Numbered from the stretch's first letter, positions 30,212-40,384 are shown. The stretch is DNA of 64,000 bases from Thermodesulfobacteriota bacterium (GCA_034189385.1 JAXHVD010000014.1:17453-81452); one strand, 5' to 3'. Notes: a model not told the origin generated them from the sequence alone. Made by a program: numbers and translations.

Positions 30212-31042
30212 CTAGGGTTGGATGATGCCGGCATCGCGCAGAAAGGGCTTCGCGTCTTGCCAGAATGCGTGCCAACTCGGCGGACAGTCGTTGTGGTGGC
30301 AATCATAGGAAAGCATAGTGCCATTCTTGGCCACCTTAAAAAGAGCTACGCCATGCCTGTAGGGAACGAGGGTGTCCTTTTTCCCGTGCATCACGAGAAC
30401 CGGGCCTGGATAGGAACCAACGACGGCAAGGTTGTCAAAGGGGTCCAGGACAAAAAAGCCGGGAACCAGAAACTGGGACGCACAGGTCCGGACGCTCGTA
30501 AAGGTAGACAGCAGTATGAGGGCTGCCGAAGGCCGCTTTGCAGCGAGGCAGCAGGCCGCGCCACCGCCGAGTGAGCGCCCCAATAGGACAATTCGGGACC
30601 GGTCCACGTCTTCCCGCACGGCAAGGGCATCATAGGCCGCTACAAAGGCCTCTGTAATACTCTTCTGGGAAGGACTCCCCTCTGAGCGCCCATAACCAGG
30701 ATATTCAACAAGCAATACCCCCAGTCCAAGGGCCGTGGCCGAGCTAAACTCATGGGGCCAAAAGTCGATCAGCTCTGCATTTCCATGGGCGAAGATCACT
30801 GCCGGCGTTGGTTCCCCCCGAGGGGTCGTCGTTGCAGGGAGAAACCATGCCTCCACCTTTCCATAACTGGTCTTGAGCCAGATCCTCTCTAATCCAGGAA
30901 TACCCTTTGCCATTCCCAAGGGAGCCCTGATGTGATGGCGAGGAAACACCACCTGCCTTTGAAATAGAAAGAGAAGGAAGCAGTACGCCACATACAACAG
31001 GAGAGCCCCTAAGATAACTTGTGCCACTCGTTTCCCTTTCAT
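30212..31042 (-). CDS. alpha/beta hydrolase
   Basis: N-terminal TM helix, nucleophile elbow GRSLGG, C-terminal His region. The start overlaps the livF stop (ATGA). Confidence 0.8.
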   Translation of the reverse strand: MKGKRVAQVILGALLLYVAYCFLLFLFQRQVVFPRHHIRAPLGMAKGIPGLERIWLKTSYGKVEAWFLPATTTPRGEPTPAVIFAHGNAELIDFWPHEFSSATALGLGVLLVEYPGYGRSEGSPSQKSITEAFVAAYDALAVREDVDRSRIVLLGRSLGGGAACCLAAKRPSAALILLSTFTSVRTCASQFLVPGFFVLDPFDNLAVVGSYPGPVLVMHGKKDTLVPYRHGVALFKVAKNGTMLSYDCHHNDCPPSWHAFWQDAKPFLRDAGIIQP

Positions 31043-31743
31043 ATCCCAAGAAAGGCTTCCCGGACCTGTCGGTTCTCCGTGAGGTCCGAAGGGCCCCCCT
31101 CTAGGACGACGCGGCCATTTTCGAGGACATAGGCCCTGTCACACATCCTCAAGGCCTGTTTCACGTTCTGCTCCACTAAAAGGACCGTCACCCCATGTTC
31201 ATTGATCCTTTCAATGACATGAAAAATTTCTTCAACCAGGAGCGGGGCAAGGCCTAAAGAGGGCTCGTCAAACATCATGAGCTTGGGACGTCCCATCAGG
31301 CCCCTGCCCAAGGCAAGCATTTGCTGCTCACCACCGGAAAGGGTCCCGGCCATCTGTTTTTTCCTCTCCTTGAGCCTCGGAAAGAGGTCATAGACATGGG
31401 CCATCGTCTCCCACCGTTTCCCTTTTGCCGGCTCACAAAGTGAACCCATGATCAGGTTCTCTTCTACACTCATCTCAGGAAACAGGCGCCTGCCCTCAGG
31501 GACATGGACAATGCCGTGCTCAATGACCTTATAGGCAGGGACCCGGTCCAGGCGGACACCATCAAAATCGATCATGCCCTTAAAAGGATGCATCAAGGCC
31601 GAAATGGTTCTGAGGATGGTGGTCTTGCCTGCCCCATTGACACCCACTAAGACAACAATCTCCTTCTCCCGGACCTCAAAGGAGACATCCCACAGGACCT
31701 GAAGATCCCCGTAAAAGACATCCACCCTATGAACCTTCAGCAT
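31039..31743 (-). CDS. livF: branched-chain amino acid ABC transporter ATP-binding protein LivF
   Basis: Walker A GVNGAGKTT, signature LSGGEQQM and Walker B MMFDEPSLGLAP. ATG 31743 (MLKVHRVDVFYG) is preferred over the ORF-track start. Confidence 0.9.
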   Translation of the reverse strand: MLKVHRVDVFYGDLQVLWDVSFEVREKEIVVLVGVNGAGKTTILRTISALMHPFKGMIDFDGVRLDRVPAYKVIEHGIVHVPEGRRLFPEMSVEENLIMGSLCEPAKGKRWETMAHVYDLFPRLKERKKQMAGTLSGGEQQMLALGRGLMGRPKLMMFDEPSLGLAPLLVEEIFHVIERINEHGVTVLLVEQNVKQALRMCDRAYVLENGRVVLEGGPSDLTENRQVREAFLGI

Positions 31744-32455
31744 ATTCCTTTCCCAGATAGGCTTCAATGACTGCTGGGTTGTTTGCCACTTCATGAGGGG
31801 TGCCCTCTGCAATGGTCTCTCCAAAGCTGATGGCATGAATCCGGTCCGATATCGTCATCATCACCTTCATAATGTGTTCCACGATAATAATGGACACCCC
31901 TTTATCCCGGATCTTCTTGATCAGTTCAATGGCTCCCTCCAACTCCAGGGGGTTCAGTCCCGCAGCAGTCTCGTCCAGCAGCAAGAGCTCTGGTTGGGTG
32001 GCCATGACCCTGGCAATCTCAAGCCGCTTTCTCTCGCCAATAGAAAGGGTCTTGGCAAGGACCTCTTTGCGGTGCTCGAAGCTACAAAAGGCCAGTGTTT
32101 CCAGGGCCAGATCACGGGCTTCTGCTTTCGTTGCCACCTTGGCAAAGGCAGCCGCTATCACATTGTCTAGAACGGTCATCCTGCCAAGGGGCCTTACGAT
32201 CTGGAACGTCCGCCCAATACCGAGTCTTGAGATTCTATGTGTCTTCAGCCCCGTGATATTGCGGCCTTTAAAATGGATCGTCCCCCTTGTGGGGCGATGA
32301 TAGTTGCTGATAAGATTAAAAATGGTGGTCTTGCCGGAGCCGTTAGGGCCGATCAAACCCAAGATCTCTCCCTGGTGGACCTTGAAACTCACGTTGCTCA
32401 CCGCTGCAAGCCCTCCAAAATGTTTTACCAGGCCTCTGACCTCGAAAAGACTCAC
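31727..32455 (-). CDS. livG: branched-chain amino acid ABC transporter ATP-binding protein LivG
   Basis: Walker A GPNGSGKTT, the FGGL motif near the N-terminus, and Walker B LLLLDETAAGL. Confidence 0.9.
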   Translation of the reverse strand: MSLFEVRGLVKHFGGLAAVSNVSFKVHQGEILGLIGPNGSGKTTIFNLISNYHRPTRGTIHFKGRNITGLKTHRISRLGIGRTFQIVRPLGRMTVLDNVIAAAFAKVATKAEARDLALETLAFCSFEHRKEVLAKTLSIGERKRLEIARVMATQPELLLLDETAAGLNPLELEGAIELIKKIRDKGVSIIIVEHIMKVMMTISDRIHAISFGETIAEGTPHEVANNPAVIEAYLGKEYAEGS

Positions 32456-33468
32456 CCCGCCATACCCTTCTTTCTAACTGAAGAGACCGTCCCCATCATC
32501 TTATCCCAATCACCTACGATGCCATTGGGAAGGAGAAGGATGACCACCACCACCAGAATACCAAAGCCCAACACATGGGCTTGCATCACATACCCGGCCA
32601 CTACGTGGACGACATCAGACCCAGTGAGCACCGCCAGCGTGTTGAAAAATCCAAAAAATCCGGTCCTAAAAAACTCATGCACCGCCACCATCACAAAGGC
32701 CCCCACCACGGGGCCATAGAGGGTCCCCACACCCCCTACAATCCCTACCAGAATAGCCATGATAGAGATGTCGTGAAGAGAAAACACCACCTCAGGGTCA
32801 ATAAACCCCATGTAGTTCATATACAAAGACCCGGCCATCCCCGTGAGAAAGGCTGCAATGTTCAAAGAAACCATCTTGTAAAAGTGGGTATCAATGCCCA
32901 GGCTCTCGGCCGCATCCTGGTCTTCCCGGATGGAGACAAAGTAATAGCCCCATTTGGAGCCCATGATCATTTGGATGCTCAGCACGGAGACTGCGGCCAG
33001 TCCCAGGGCAATGTAGTAATAGGGCACCTTGGAGACAAAGGTCTGCATAATGAGAATCCCTACCATGCCATCGGTCAAAGACTCCCACAGGGTGGCCACA
33101 TGGCGCATGACCTCATTTAGGGCAAGGGTGGCAAGGGCGAAGTAGGCCCCCCTTAAGCGAAAACAGATCCAGCCGAAAGGCAGGGCAACGGCCATGGCCA
33201 TCACCCCCCCAAAGGCCATGGCCCACCAGGCTGAAATGCCCAGTTTGTGAGCAAAAAGCCCTGCCGTGTAGGCCCCTGTGCCAAAAAAAGCGGCATCGCC
33301 AAAAGAGACCTGTCCTGTATAGCCGGCAATCACGTTCCACCCAGAACCGATGACCACCCACATGAGAACCAGGATCATTAGATGCTGCTGATAGTCGTCT
33401 TTGACCATGAGGGGAAAGAGGATCAGGACAAACAGCAATACCAGGGGCAAGATTCTTTTCACGGTCAT
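32452..33468 (-). CDS. livM: branched-chain amino acid ABC transporter permease LivM
   Basis: Polytopic protein with the GYTGQVSFG motif. ATG 33468 is preferred; the ORF-track start 33540 is a TTG without an SD. Confidence 0.85.
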   Translation of the reverse strand: MTVKRILPLVLLFVLILFPLMVKDDYQQHLMILVLMWVVIGSGWNVIAGYTGQVSFGDAAFFGTGAYTAGLFAHKLGISAWWAMAFGGVMAMAVALPFGWICFRLRGAYFALATLALNEVMRHVATLWESLTDGMVGILIMQTFVSKVPYYYIALGLAAVSVLSIQMIMGSKWGYYFVSIREDQDAAESLGIDTHFYKMVSLNIAAFLTGMAGSLYMNYMGFIDPEVVFSLHDISIMAILVGIVGGVGTLYGPVVGAFVMVAVHEFFRTGFFGFFNTLAVLTGSDVVHVVAGYVMQAHVLGFGILVVVVILLLPNGIVGDWDKMMGTVSSVRKKGMAG

Positions 33469-33555
33469 TTTTTGATTCTTTTCCCCATGAGTCGATGCAA
33501 AGGGTCTGCAGTAGGCCTTCTGACCGGACGTCTCAGCCAACGTGGGGGAGTCAAC

Positions 33556-34431
33556 TCAAATCTTGGTCAACCGCTTGAAGCCACCAGGCAGAAACAGGAG
33601 TACTAGAAGAAAAATCAGCAGGCCGATCATGTCGTCATAGGCCATGCCTATGTAGGTTGCGCCAAATGATTCAGCAAGTCCCAGGGTGACACCGCCGAAA
33701 ATTGCCCCCACTGTGGACCCTAGGCCCCCCAGGATAGTGATGACAAAAGCCTTTCTGGTAAATGGTCCCCCAATGTCGGGAAATAAGTAATAGAGCGGCA
33801 TGAGCAGGGTGCCGGCCACCGCCACAAGGGCTGCCCCAATGCCAAACGTGATGATCGTGATGCGTCTGGGGTTGACCCCCATGAGCGATGCGGCGTCCTT
33901 GTCCTGGCCCACAGCGCGAATGGATCTGCCGATATCTGTCTTGCGCAAGAACCAGAACATGAAGACCGTAAAGGCCACGGCCAAGAAAAACGCTGCTGTC
34001 AGGGCCACACTAAAAGAGATCTCTCCCAGATAGAAGGCAGAGCTCGAATAGCTCGTCTTCACAGATCGATAGTCAGAACCAAAAACGAACCGTGCGATCT
34101 CGGTGAGGACCATGCCGATCCCCACGGTCATAAGGACTTGATTCTCAGGGAGGAGGGATTCCACTTCCATAAGTGGATTCAGGGTATATTTTTGGATCAC
34201 CATCCCAAGGAGAAACAGGAGAGGGGTACTGATAAATAGGGCTAGATAAGGGTCGATTCCAAGGTAGTGAAAGCACACAAAGGTGACATACATGGCCACC
34301 ATCATCAATTGACCGTGGGCCAGATTGATGATGCCCATGACCCCCATGATCAGGGTCATGCCAATGCCTATGAGGCTGTATAGGCCGCCCTTGAGAATGC
34401 CTGCCACCAAGGTCTGCAAGAAGACTTCCAT
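33556..34431 (-). CDS. livH: branched-chain amino acid ABC transporter permease LivH
   Basis: Polytopic protein with the INLAHG motif. ATG 34431 has a GGAG SD 6 nt upstream. Confidence 0.85.
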   Translation of the reverse strand: MEVFLQTLVAGILKGGLYSLIGIGMTLIMGVMGIINLAHGQLMMVAMYVTFVCFHYLGIDPYLALFISTPLLFLLGMVIQKYTLNPLMEVESLLPENQVLMTVGIGMVLTEIARFVFGSDYRSVKTSYSSSAFYLGEISFSVALTAAFFLAVAFTVFMFWFLRKTDIGRSIRAVGQDKDAASLMGVNPRRITIITFGIGAALVAVAGTLLMPLYYLFPDIGGPFTRKAFVITILGGLGSTVGAIFGGVTLGLAESFGATYIGMAYDDMIGLLIFLLVLLFLPGGFKRLTKI

Positions 34432-34497
34432 GATAACTCCGAAATACTCACCGGCAAGCACAGTTACAGAGTCATTCCAAAACCCTCCATGACCTCT

Positions 34498-35688
34498 CTA
34501 ACGTTCATTCCATTTGGGCACGGGATAGACGTACTTGGCTGTGGCCACATCTTTGGGCCAAACCGTCTCAAGCTTGCCGTGGAGCCACTGGACCAGAAAG
34601 GTGGGAAGCCGGTTCTGCTGGGTCTTTTTGTCGTAGGCCACAAACTTCACAGGCCCAAAGGCCGTCATCATATCTGTTGTGGCAAGGGCATCTCTTAGCC
34701 CCTTTGGTGTCAAAGAGGTGGCCCGCTTTAGTGCGTCTGCCATGACATACATGGCCGCATAGGCTTCAGCCCCATGATACTCTGTAGGGCAACCGTAGGT
34801 TGCAGCAAACTTGTCGTAATAGGCCTTTGCCCCTGGGTAGGGAACAGAAGGGGTCCACAGCGTAGCGGAAAAGACGTAGTCTGAGGCATCTCCTGCATTC
34901 TTCTGAAATTCAGGAAGGGTAAAACCGGCGGCGCCGCCCACAAAGAGCCTTGGATTCAGATTCAGCTCTTTGGCCTGCCGCATGAGCAAGGAAGCGTCCA
35001 TGACATATGAAATCATGTACAAAAAATCTGGCTTCTTGGCCTTGACCTTTACAAGGAGGGGCTTGAAATCCACGGCACCAGCCTCATAGCCCTCCTCCAT
35101 CACAACCTTTAGACCCAGGTCTCCACACTGTTTGGAAAATTTCTTGGACCCTGATTGACCGAACAGGGTGTTCTCATGAAGGATCACAGCTGTCTTCACA
35201 TCCCCTATCTCAGAAATGAAAGAGCCTAATGCCTTGGGATACTCGCTTACCGGGGGATTCAGTCTGAAGATGTACTCCCAATCCTGCTCTGTGATCCTGT
35301 CTGCAGAACCGGTATTGACCAGAAAGGGCACCTGGCGCTGCTGTGCCACAGCTACAGCCGCCCATGTCACGGAACTGGAATAACCGCCACCCACCATCAG
35401 AACCTTGTCCCTTGAGATCAACTTCTCAATAGCAGAACGCCCCACATCGGGCTTTCCTGTGGTGTCCTCAATGATCAGATCAATCCTCTTCCCATTTACC
35501 CCCCCGGAAGCATTGATCTCGTCTACAGCGAGGATGAATGACCTCTTTTCGATTTCACCAAACTTGGCCAACTTCCCGGTCAAAGGTAAGATGACGCCCA
35601 CCTTTAACCCATCGGCGCCAAAGGCCCCTGAATATACCAGACCCATCAAGGGCAAAAGACAGCCCAGGATCAACGCGCACTTTTTCAT
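34498..35688 (-). CDS. branched-chain amino acid ABC transporter substrate-binding protein (LivK/LivJ-like)
   Basis: Signal peptide MKKCALILGCLLPLMGLV, type-1 periplasmic binding fold pattern. ATG 35688 has an AGGGGG SD. The longer ORF would run through a terminator hairpin and nearly abut the tRNA. Confidence 0.85.
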   Translation of the reverse strand: MKKCALILGCLLPLMGLVYSGAFGADGLKVGVILPLTGKLAKFGEIEKRSFILAVDEINASGGVNGKRIDLIIEDTTGKPDVGRSAIEKLISRDKVLMVGGGYSSSVTWAAVAVAQQRQVPFLVNTGSADRITEQDWEYIFRLNPPVSEYPKALGSFISEIGDVKTAVILHENTLFGQSGSKKFSKQCGDLGLKVVMEEGYEAGAVDFKPLLVKVKAKKPDFLYMISYVMDASLLMRQAKELNLNPRLFVGGAAGFTLPEFQKNAGDASDYVFSATLWTPSVPYPGAKAYYDKFAATYGCPTEYHGAEAYAAMYVMADALKRATSLTPKGLRDALATTDMMTAFGPVKFVAYDKKTQQNRLPTFLVQWLHGKLETVWPKDVATAKYVYPVPKWNER

Positions 35689-35738
35689 TGTTTTGCCCCC
35701 TGCTCTGTAGCCCATGCCGCTAAGTTTGACGCAGTACG

Positions 35739-35773
35739 AAAAAAGGGGCTCTGGGATAAGTACCCGAAACCCC
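35739..35773 (-). terminator. rho-independent terminator downstream of tRNA-Thr
   Basis: On the minus strand, GGGGUUU.GGG / CCC.GAGCCCC hairpin followed by U6. Confidence 0.65.
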
Positions 35774-35784
35774 TGCATTGTTTT

Positions 35785-35859
<75 letters not shown>

Positions 35860-35996
35860 TAAATGCTCAAAACACCTTGTATCATGGGTGCTTATAAGCA
35901 GTCAACGAAATTTGCAACCTGTAGAAAATAGGCCGAAATCCACTTAAGCCCCCATCTGTCTTTTGACGGCAAAGAGGACATCTGTGGAATCTCACC

Positions 35997-36234
35997 TTGA
36001 ACCCTCCCCGTGACCTGCGAAGCGCCGCCGTCAGGCAGAACCCACGGGCAATGTTCTCCCTCACGGGAGAGCTCCGCAGCACCGTAAGGTTGTTGTCTTT
36101 TTTACTATACGCTCGCTAACCCCGCAGCCTGCGCCGCGCTAGCACTGGCAACTAGCAGAACCTCTGCCGCCAGGCAGAACCTACGGGGCTGCGGTAGCTC
36201 TCCTGTCGAGAATGCGCTCGCTTATTCGGTTCAA
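35997..36234 (+). repeat. repeat family B, copy B1 (238 bp, hairpin-rich)
   Basis: Bounded by TTGAACC ... GGTTCAA. Shares its ends and a central core with 51862-51980 and, in reverse orientation, 49752-49906. Confidence 0.8.
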
Positions 36235-36270
36235 GGAGGGGGTAGACCTGCCCGTCTGCATCCTTTTTCA

Positions 36271-36300
36271 TTGACGCAGGTCCCCATTTGGTCCTATATT
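36271..36300 (+). promoter_or_regulatory. candidate sigma70-type promoter of the men operon
   Basis: TTGACG (36271-36276), 18-nt spacer, TATATT (36295-36300). Confidence 0.35.
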
Positions 36301-36423
36301 CTGAGCCTTTACACGGGGCTTTTTTGCTAGTTATCAGCTAGTTAACTTTTTTGGCACCCGACGAACGTGGTTCGGGGCCTTCATTTTTTTTGGAAGGAGC
36401 TTTCTCCCATCAAGGCTGTCACC

Positions 36424-37197
36424 ATGATCCTTGGCCTCTCTGATCAAAGGGGTCCTCGTCAGGAGCCCGTTCGGACAGAAGTGTGGAAGATGTTTGACCG
36501 CGTGGCCCACCGGTATGATTTCTTAAACCGGCTCCTTTCCGCAGGGATCGACCGACGGTGGCGGGGAAAAATGGCCCGCCTGCTTCCCCCCGGTCGTGAT
36601 CAGCACGTCCTGGACCTGGCCACGGGAACGGCGGACCAACTCCTCTTCCTCTTCGACAAAAGCAATAAAATCAAGTCCGGTTTGGGCATCGACCTGGCAG
36701 AGAAAATGCTTGCCATAGGAAGACAGAAGGTTCAAGGACGCGGCCTTTCTGAGGCCATTACCCTGAAAAGGGGGGATGCCATGGACATCCCCGCTCAAGA
36801 CAAGACCTTTGACGCCGTCACCATCTCCTTTGGCATCCGCAATGTAAGCCGTGTCTCTCAGGCCCTGTCAGAGATGCACCGCGTCCTTAAGCCAGGGGGC
36901 CGGCTTCTTGTTCTCGAATTCTCGTTGCCGGAGCACGCCCTCATCCGCTCAGGCTACCTTCTCTATCTCAGACACATCCTACCCCCTTTGGGAGCCCTGG
37001 TATCGGGCGATTCCGGCGCCTATCGATACTTGAACCAGACCATTGAGACCTTTCCTTATGGCGGGGCCCTGTGCCAATTGATTGCCGAAGCAGGATTTGA
37101 GGCTGTTCAGGCCCGTGCCCTGACCATGGGCATTGCAATGATCTACCAAGGTGACAGGCCCCTATCAGCAAAGGGGCATCCCACATCTAAGGAATAG
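36424..37197 (+). CDS. menG: demethylmenaquinone methyltransferase (UbiE/MenG)
   Basis: MFDRVAHRYDFLNRLLS motif and SAM motif VLDLATGTAD. The start is ambiguous between GTG 36367 and ATG 36424. Confidence 0.9.
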   Translation: MILGLSDQRGPRQEPVRTEVWKMFDRVAHRYDFLNRLLSAGIDRRWRGKMARLLPPGRDQHVLDLATGTADQLLFLFDKSNKIKSGLGIDLAEKMLAIGRQKVQGRGLSEAITLKRGDAMDIPAQDKTFDAVTISFGIRNVSRVSQALSEMHRVLKPGGRLLVLEFSLPEHALIRSGYLLYLRHILPPLGALVSGDSGAYRYLNQTIETFPYGGALCQLIAEAGFEAVQARALTMGIAMIYQGDRPLSAKGHPTSKE

Positions 37198-37199
37198 CC

Positions 37200-38582
37200 A
37201 TGTACACAGTGACTGAACAGATTCATGCAAACGAGACACAGCGCATCAGAGAAAGGATCATGGCCCAGCTCTTTCACGAAAAAACGACGGGTGGAAGGGC
37301 CAAAGGCGATCCAGCAATCGTCCGGGCCGAAGTCCAGGTTGAAGGGCTTTCCGCCTTGCCCTGGCTGTGCGCTCAGCCACCTGCTTCAAGAGGCTACTGG
37401 TCGGACCGGGAGAATCATTTTGAACTGGCTGGGACAGGCCGGGCCGACGTGATAACCGGCAATTCCCGCCTGGACTACCAGGCCCTCATGGCCATGCTTC
37501 ACCATCGGATCAAAAGGGCCAAAGGCCACCCCCGCTACCTTGGAGGGCTGCGATTTTCGCTAAACGGCATTCGGGAACCCGCCTGGGAACCCTTCAAGGC
37601 CTATCGTTTTATCCTACCCCGATTTGAAGTGGTCACGCGCCACGGCCGCACAGTCTTTGCCTGCAATATGCTGGAAAATGAAGATGAGGCGACCATTGAA
37701 GCTGCCCTTTCCAAAACGGCTTTCCCTGATGGATCTCCCCTTTCCAGCCTGCCCAAGGCCATTTCAAGGCAGGACTACCCAGACAAAGGGGGCTGGTGTG
37801 CCAATGTGGAGGCGGCTCTTAGGGCCTTCAAACCTGGCGACTATGAAAAAGTGGTCCTGGCCAGGAAAGCCACTTTTGCATTTGAAGAATCCATCAATCC
37901 TGCGGTGTTGTTGTGGGCATTGAAAAGAAATACCCCCCAGTGTTTTCATTTCATGTTTCAGCCCGAGGCCGACGCTGCCTTCTTGGGAGCTTCACCTGAA
38001 AGGCTCTACCGCAGGGACAAAGATGGAATCCGCACGGAAGCCATTGCAGGAAGCCGCCCTCGAGGGGCCTCTGCTGAGGAAGATGAGCGTTATGCCCTGC
38101 AACTGAAGAGGAGTGAAAAAGACCTTCGGGAACATGAATATGTGGTAAAGAGTATTCAACGGACCCTAAAGGCCTTGTGCTCCTTGCTCAGCGTTGACGA
38201 TGAACGGTCCATCATGAAGCTGGCGCGATGCCAACATTTACTCACCGATTTTCGGGGTAAATTGGCCAATGGAGTCAAGGATGCCGATTTGCTGGAGAAG
38301 CTCCATCCCACCCCCGCCGTTGGGGGCCACCCAACGGACCGGGCCCTTCAAGACATTGCCCGCCTGGAACCCTTTGATCGGGGATGGTATGCCGGGCCTG
38401 TGGGCTGGATCGGGAAAGATGGGGCTCAATTCGTAGTTGGAATCCGCTCTGCCCTCACAGAGGGGTGCAAACTCCATCTCTTTTCCGGGGCTGGGATTGT
38501 GGACGGATCTGTCCCGATAGCAGAGTGGGAGGAAATCGAAAACAAGATTAGTGACTTTCTTGCTTTATTGACTCATTCATGA
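37200..38582 (+). CDS. menF: isochorismate synthase
   Basis: Chorismate-binding C-terminal motifs (LHPTPAVGG.P, GWYAGPVGW, G.GIV..S). Located in the men operon. Confidence 0.9.
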   Translation: MYTVTEQIHANETQRIRERIMAQLFHEKTTGGRAKGDPAIVRAEVQVEGLSALPWLCAQPPASRGYWSDRENHFELAGTGRADVITGNSRLDYQALMAMLHHRIKRAKGHPRYLGGLRFSLNGIREPAWEPFKAYRFILPRFEVVTRHGRTVFACNMLENEDEATIEAALSKTAFPDGSPLSSLPKAISRQDYPDKGGWCANVEAALRAFKPGDYEKVVLARKATFAFEESINPAVLLWALKRNTPQCFHFMFQPEADAAFLGASPERLYRRDKDGIRTEAIAGSRPRGASAEEDERYALQLKRSEKDLREHEYVVKSIQRTLKALCSLLSVDDERSIMKLARCQHLLTDFRGKLANGVKDADLLEKLHPTPAVGGHPTDRALQDIARLEPFDRGWYAGPVGWIGKDGAQFVVGIRSALTEGCKLHLFSGAGIVDGSVPIAEWEEIENKISDFLALLTHS

Positions 38583-40384
38583 AGTTGCCCCAACCCAATC
38601 TAAACGCCCTCTGGGCCTCCCTTCTTATTGAGGAACTCATCCGAAACGGCATTGACTACTTTTGTCTGGCCCCGGGCTCGCGATCAACACCCCTGACCGT
38701 AGCCGTGGCTGAAAACGGAAAAGCAAAGACCTCCCTTCACTATGACGAGCGAGGAGTGGCTTTTCACGCCCTCGGGTATGGTCGGGCCACGGGGCGTCCA
38801 GCCGGCGTCATCACCACGTCAGGGACAGCTGTTCCAAATCTCATGCCCGCAGTTGTGGAAGCGGCGATGGACCAGATTCCTCTCTTGGTGATCACCGCTG
38901 ATCGACCACCGGAATTACGGGATTGCGCTGCAAACCAGACGATCGATCAGACAAAAATTTTTGGGGACTTTGTTCAGTGGTTTGTCGATCTGGCCTGTCC
39001 CAGTCGCCAGATTCCAGCTAAAGTGATCCTTTCTACGATCGACCAAGCCGTCCATCGTTCAATTGGACCTATCGCCGGCCCTGTCCATATAAACTGCATG
39101 TTTCGTGAACCGCTGGACCCCAAGCCTGCAAATGAGGACTTTCGTGACTACCTTGCCCCCCTGGCAAAATGGCTCCCCAAAAGTTATCCCTATACCGAAT
39201 ATGAACGGCCGGTGCGAATGGCGAATCCCAAGGCTCTGGACGACCTGTCTCAGCTTCTGGACAAGGTGGAAAGAGGCCTCGTAGTAATAGGGCGGCTCAG
39301 CTGTCCCAGTGAGCAATCAGCCGCCTCCGCTCTGATAGAAACACTACGATGGCCTGTCTGTGCCGATATCACCTCGGGCCTCAAATCAAGAGGAATTTCG
39401 TCAACGATCTTGGCCTGTCACGATGTCCTTATTAGAACAGAGGCCTTTGCCGCAATCCACCATCCTGAAGTCGTTCTCCAATTGGGAGGACGTTTTGTCT
39501 CAAAGCACCTGGAAGCCTTCATTCAGCAAAGCGACCCCGACCACTACGTGCTTGTGACAAACCACCCGAAAAGACAGGACCCGTCTCACAGGGTATCGCT
39601 AAGAATAGAGGGCGATCTCGGGCAAGTATGTCACTATCTGGCAGACAGGCTCAGCCCTCGTCCCGACTCGCCTTGGCTGGTCTCCTGGCAAAAAGCCTCG
39701 GCAAGAGCACGCCAGGTCTTTGAGACTTTTGCTCAAAGGGAAAAGACCTTGAGTGAACCCCAGGTGGCCCGTCTCATCTCCCGATATATGGCATCGGACC
39801 AGGGGCTTTTTATTGCCAGCAGTATGCCTATACGGGACATGGACCTCTTTGCAGACGCTCTGGGGCCTGCTATTTCTGTGGGCTCAAACCGCGGGGCTAG
39901 CGGGATAGATGGCACTATTGCCGCAGCCGCAGGCTTTGCTGCCGGGCTGAGAAAACCCCTCTCCCTCCTTACAGGAGATCTGGCCTTCCTCCACGATCTA
40001 AATTCCCTGAACTTCCTCCGTTGTGCCGATTACCCCGTTATGATGGTCGTCATAAACAACGACGGAGGAGGCATTTTCTCTTTTCTTCCTATCGCCCAGT
40101 TTGACCGATTCTTTGAGAAGTACTTTGTCACCCCCCATGGCCTGACCTTTGAAAAGGCGGCCCAGATGTTTGGAATTCAGTACTATCACCCTGAGACCGC
40201 CCCAGACTTCCAGTCTTGTTATGAGGAAGCCCTGGCCAAGGGCCATTCAGCCATTGTGGAAGTGACCCTGGATCGCAAAAAGAATCATGCGCTGCACATG
40301 CAATTGCTCAAAGATATGCAAGACGCCCTTAGAGATGACTACAAAGATGGCGCCAAAGATCTCCTAACTGGGCAAGAGCGATGA
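38579..40384 (+). CDS. menD: 2-succinyl-5-enolpyruvyl-6-hydroxy-3-cyclohexene-1-carboxylate synthase
   Basis: 601 aa ThDP enzyme (GSRSTPL; GASGIDG; NNDGGGIF). ATGA overlap with the menF stop. Confidence 0.92.
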   Translation: MKLPQPNLNALWASLLIEELIRNGIDYFCLAPGSRSTPLTVAVAENGKAKTSLHYDERGVAFHALGYGRATGRPAGVITTSGTAVPNLMPAVVEAAMDQIPLLVITADRPPELRDCAANQTIDQTKIFGDFVQWFVDLACPSRQIPAKVILSTIDQAVHRSIGPIAGPVHINCMFREPLDPKPANEDFRDYLAPLAKWLPKSYPYTEYERPVRMANPKALDDLSQLLDKVERGLVVIGRLSCPSEQSAASALIETLRWPVCADITSGLKSRGISSTILACHDVLIRTEAFAAIHHPEVVLQLGGRFVSKHLEAFIQQSDPDHYVLVTNHPKRQDPSHRVSLRIEGDLGQVCHYLADRLSPRPDSPWLVSWQKASARARQVFETFAQREKTLSEPQVARLISRYMASDQGLFIASSMPIRDMDLFADALGPAISVGSNRGASGIDGTIAAAAGFAAGLRKPLSLLTGDLAFLHDLNSLNFLRCADYPVMMVVINNDGGGIFSFLPIAQFDRFFEKYFVTPHGLTFEKAAQMFGIQYYHPETAPDFQSCYEEALAKGHSAIVEVTLDRKKNHALHMQLLKDMQDALRDDYKDGAKDLLTGQER

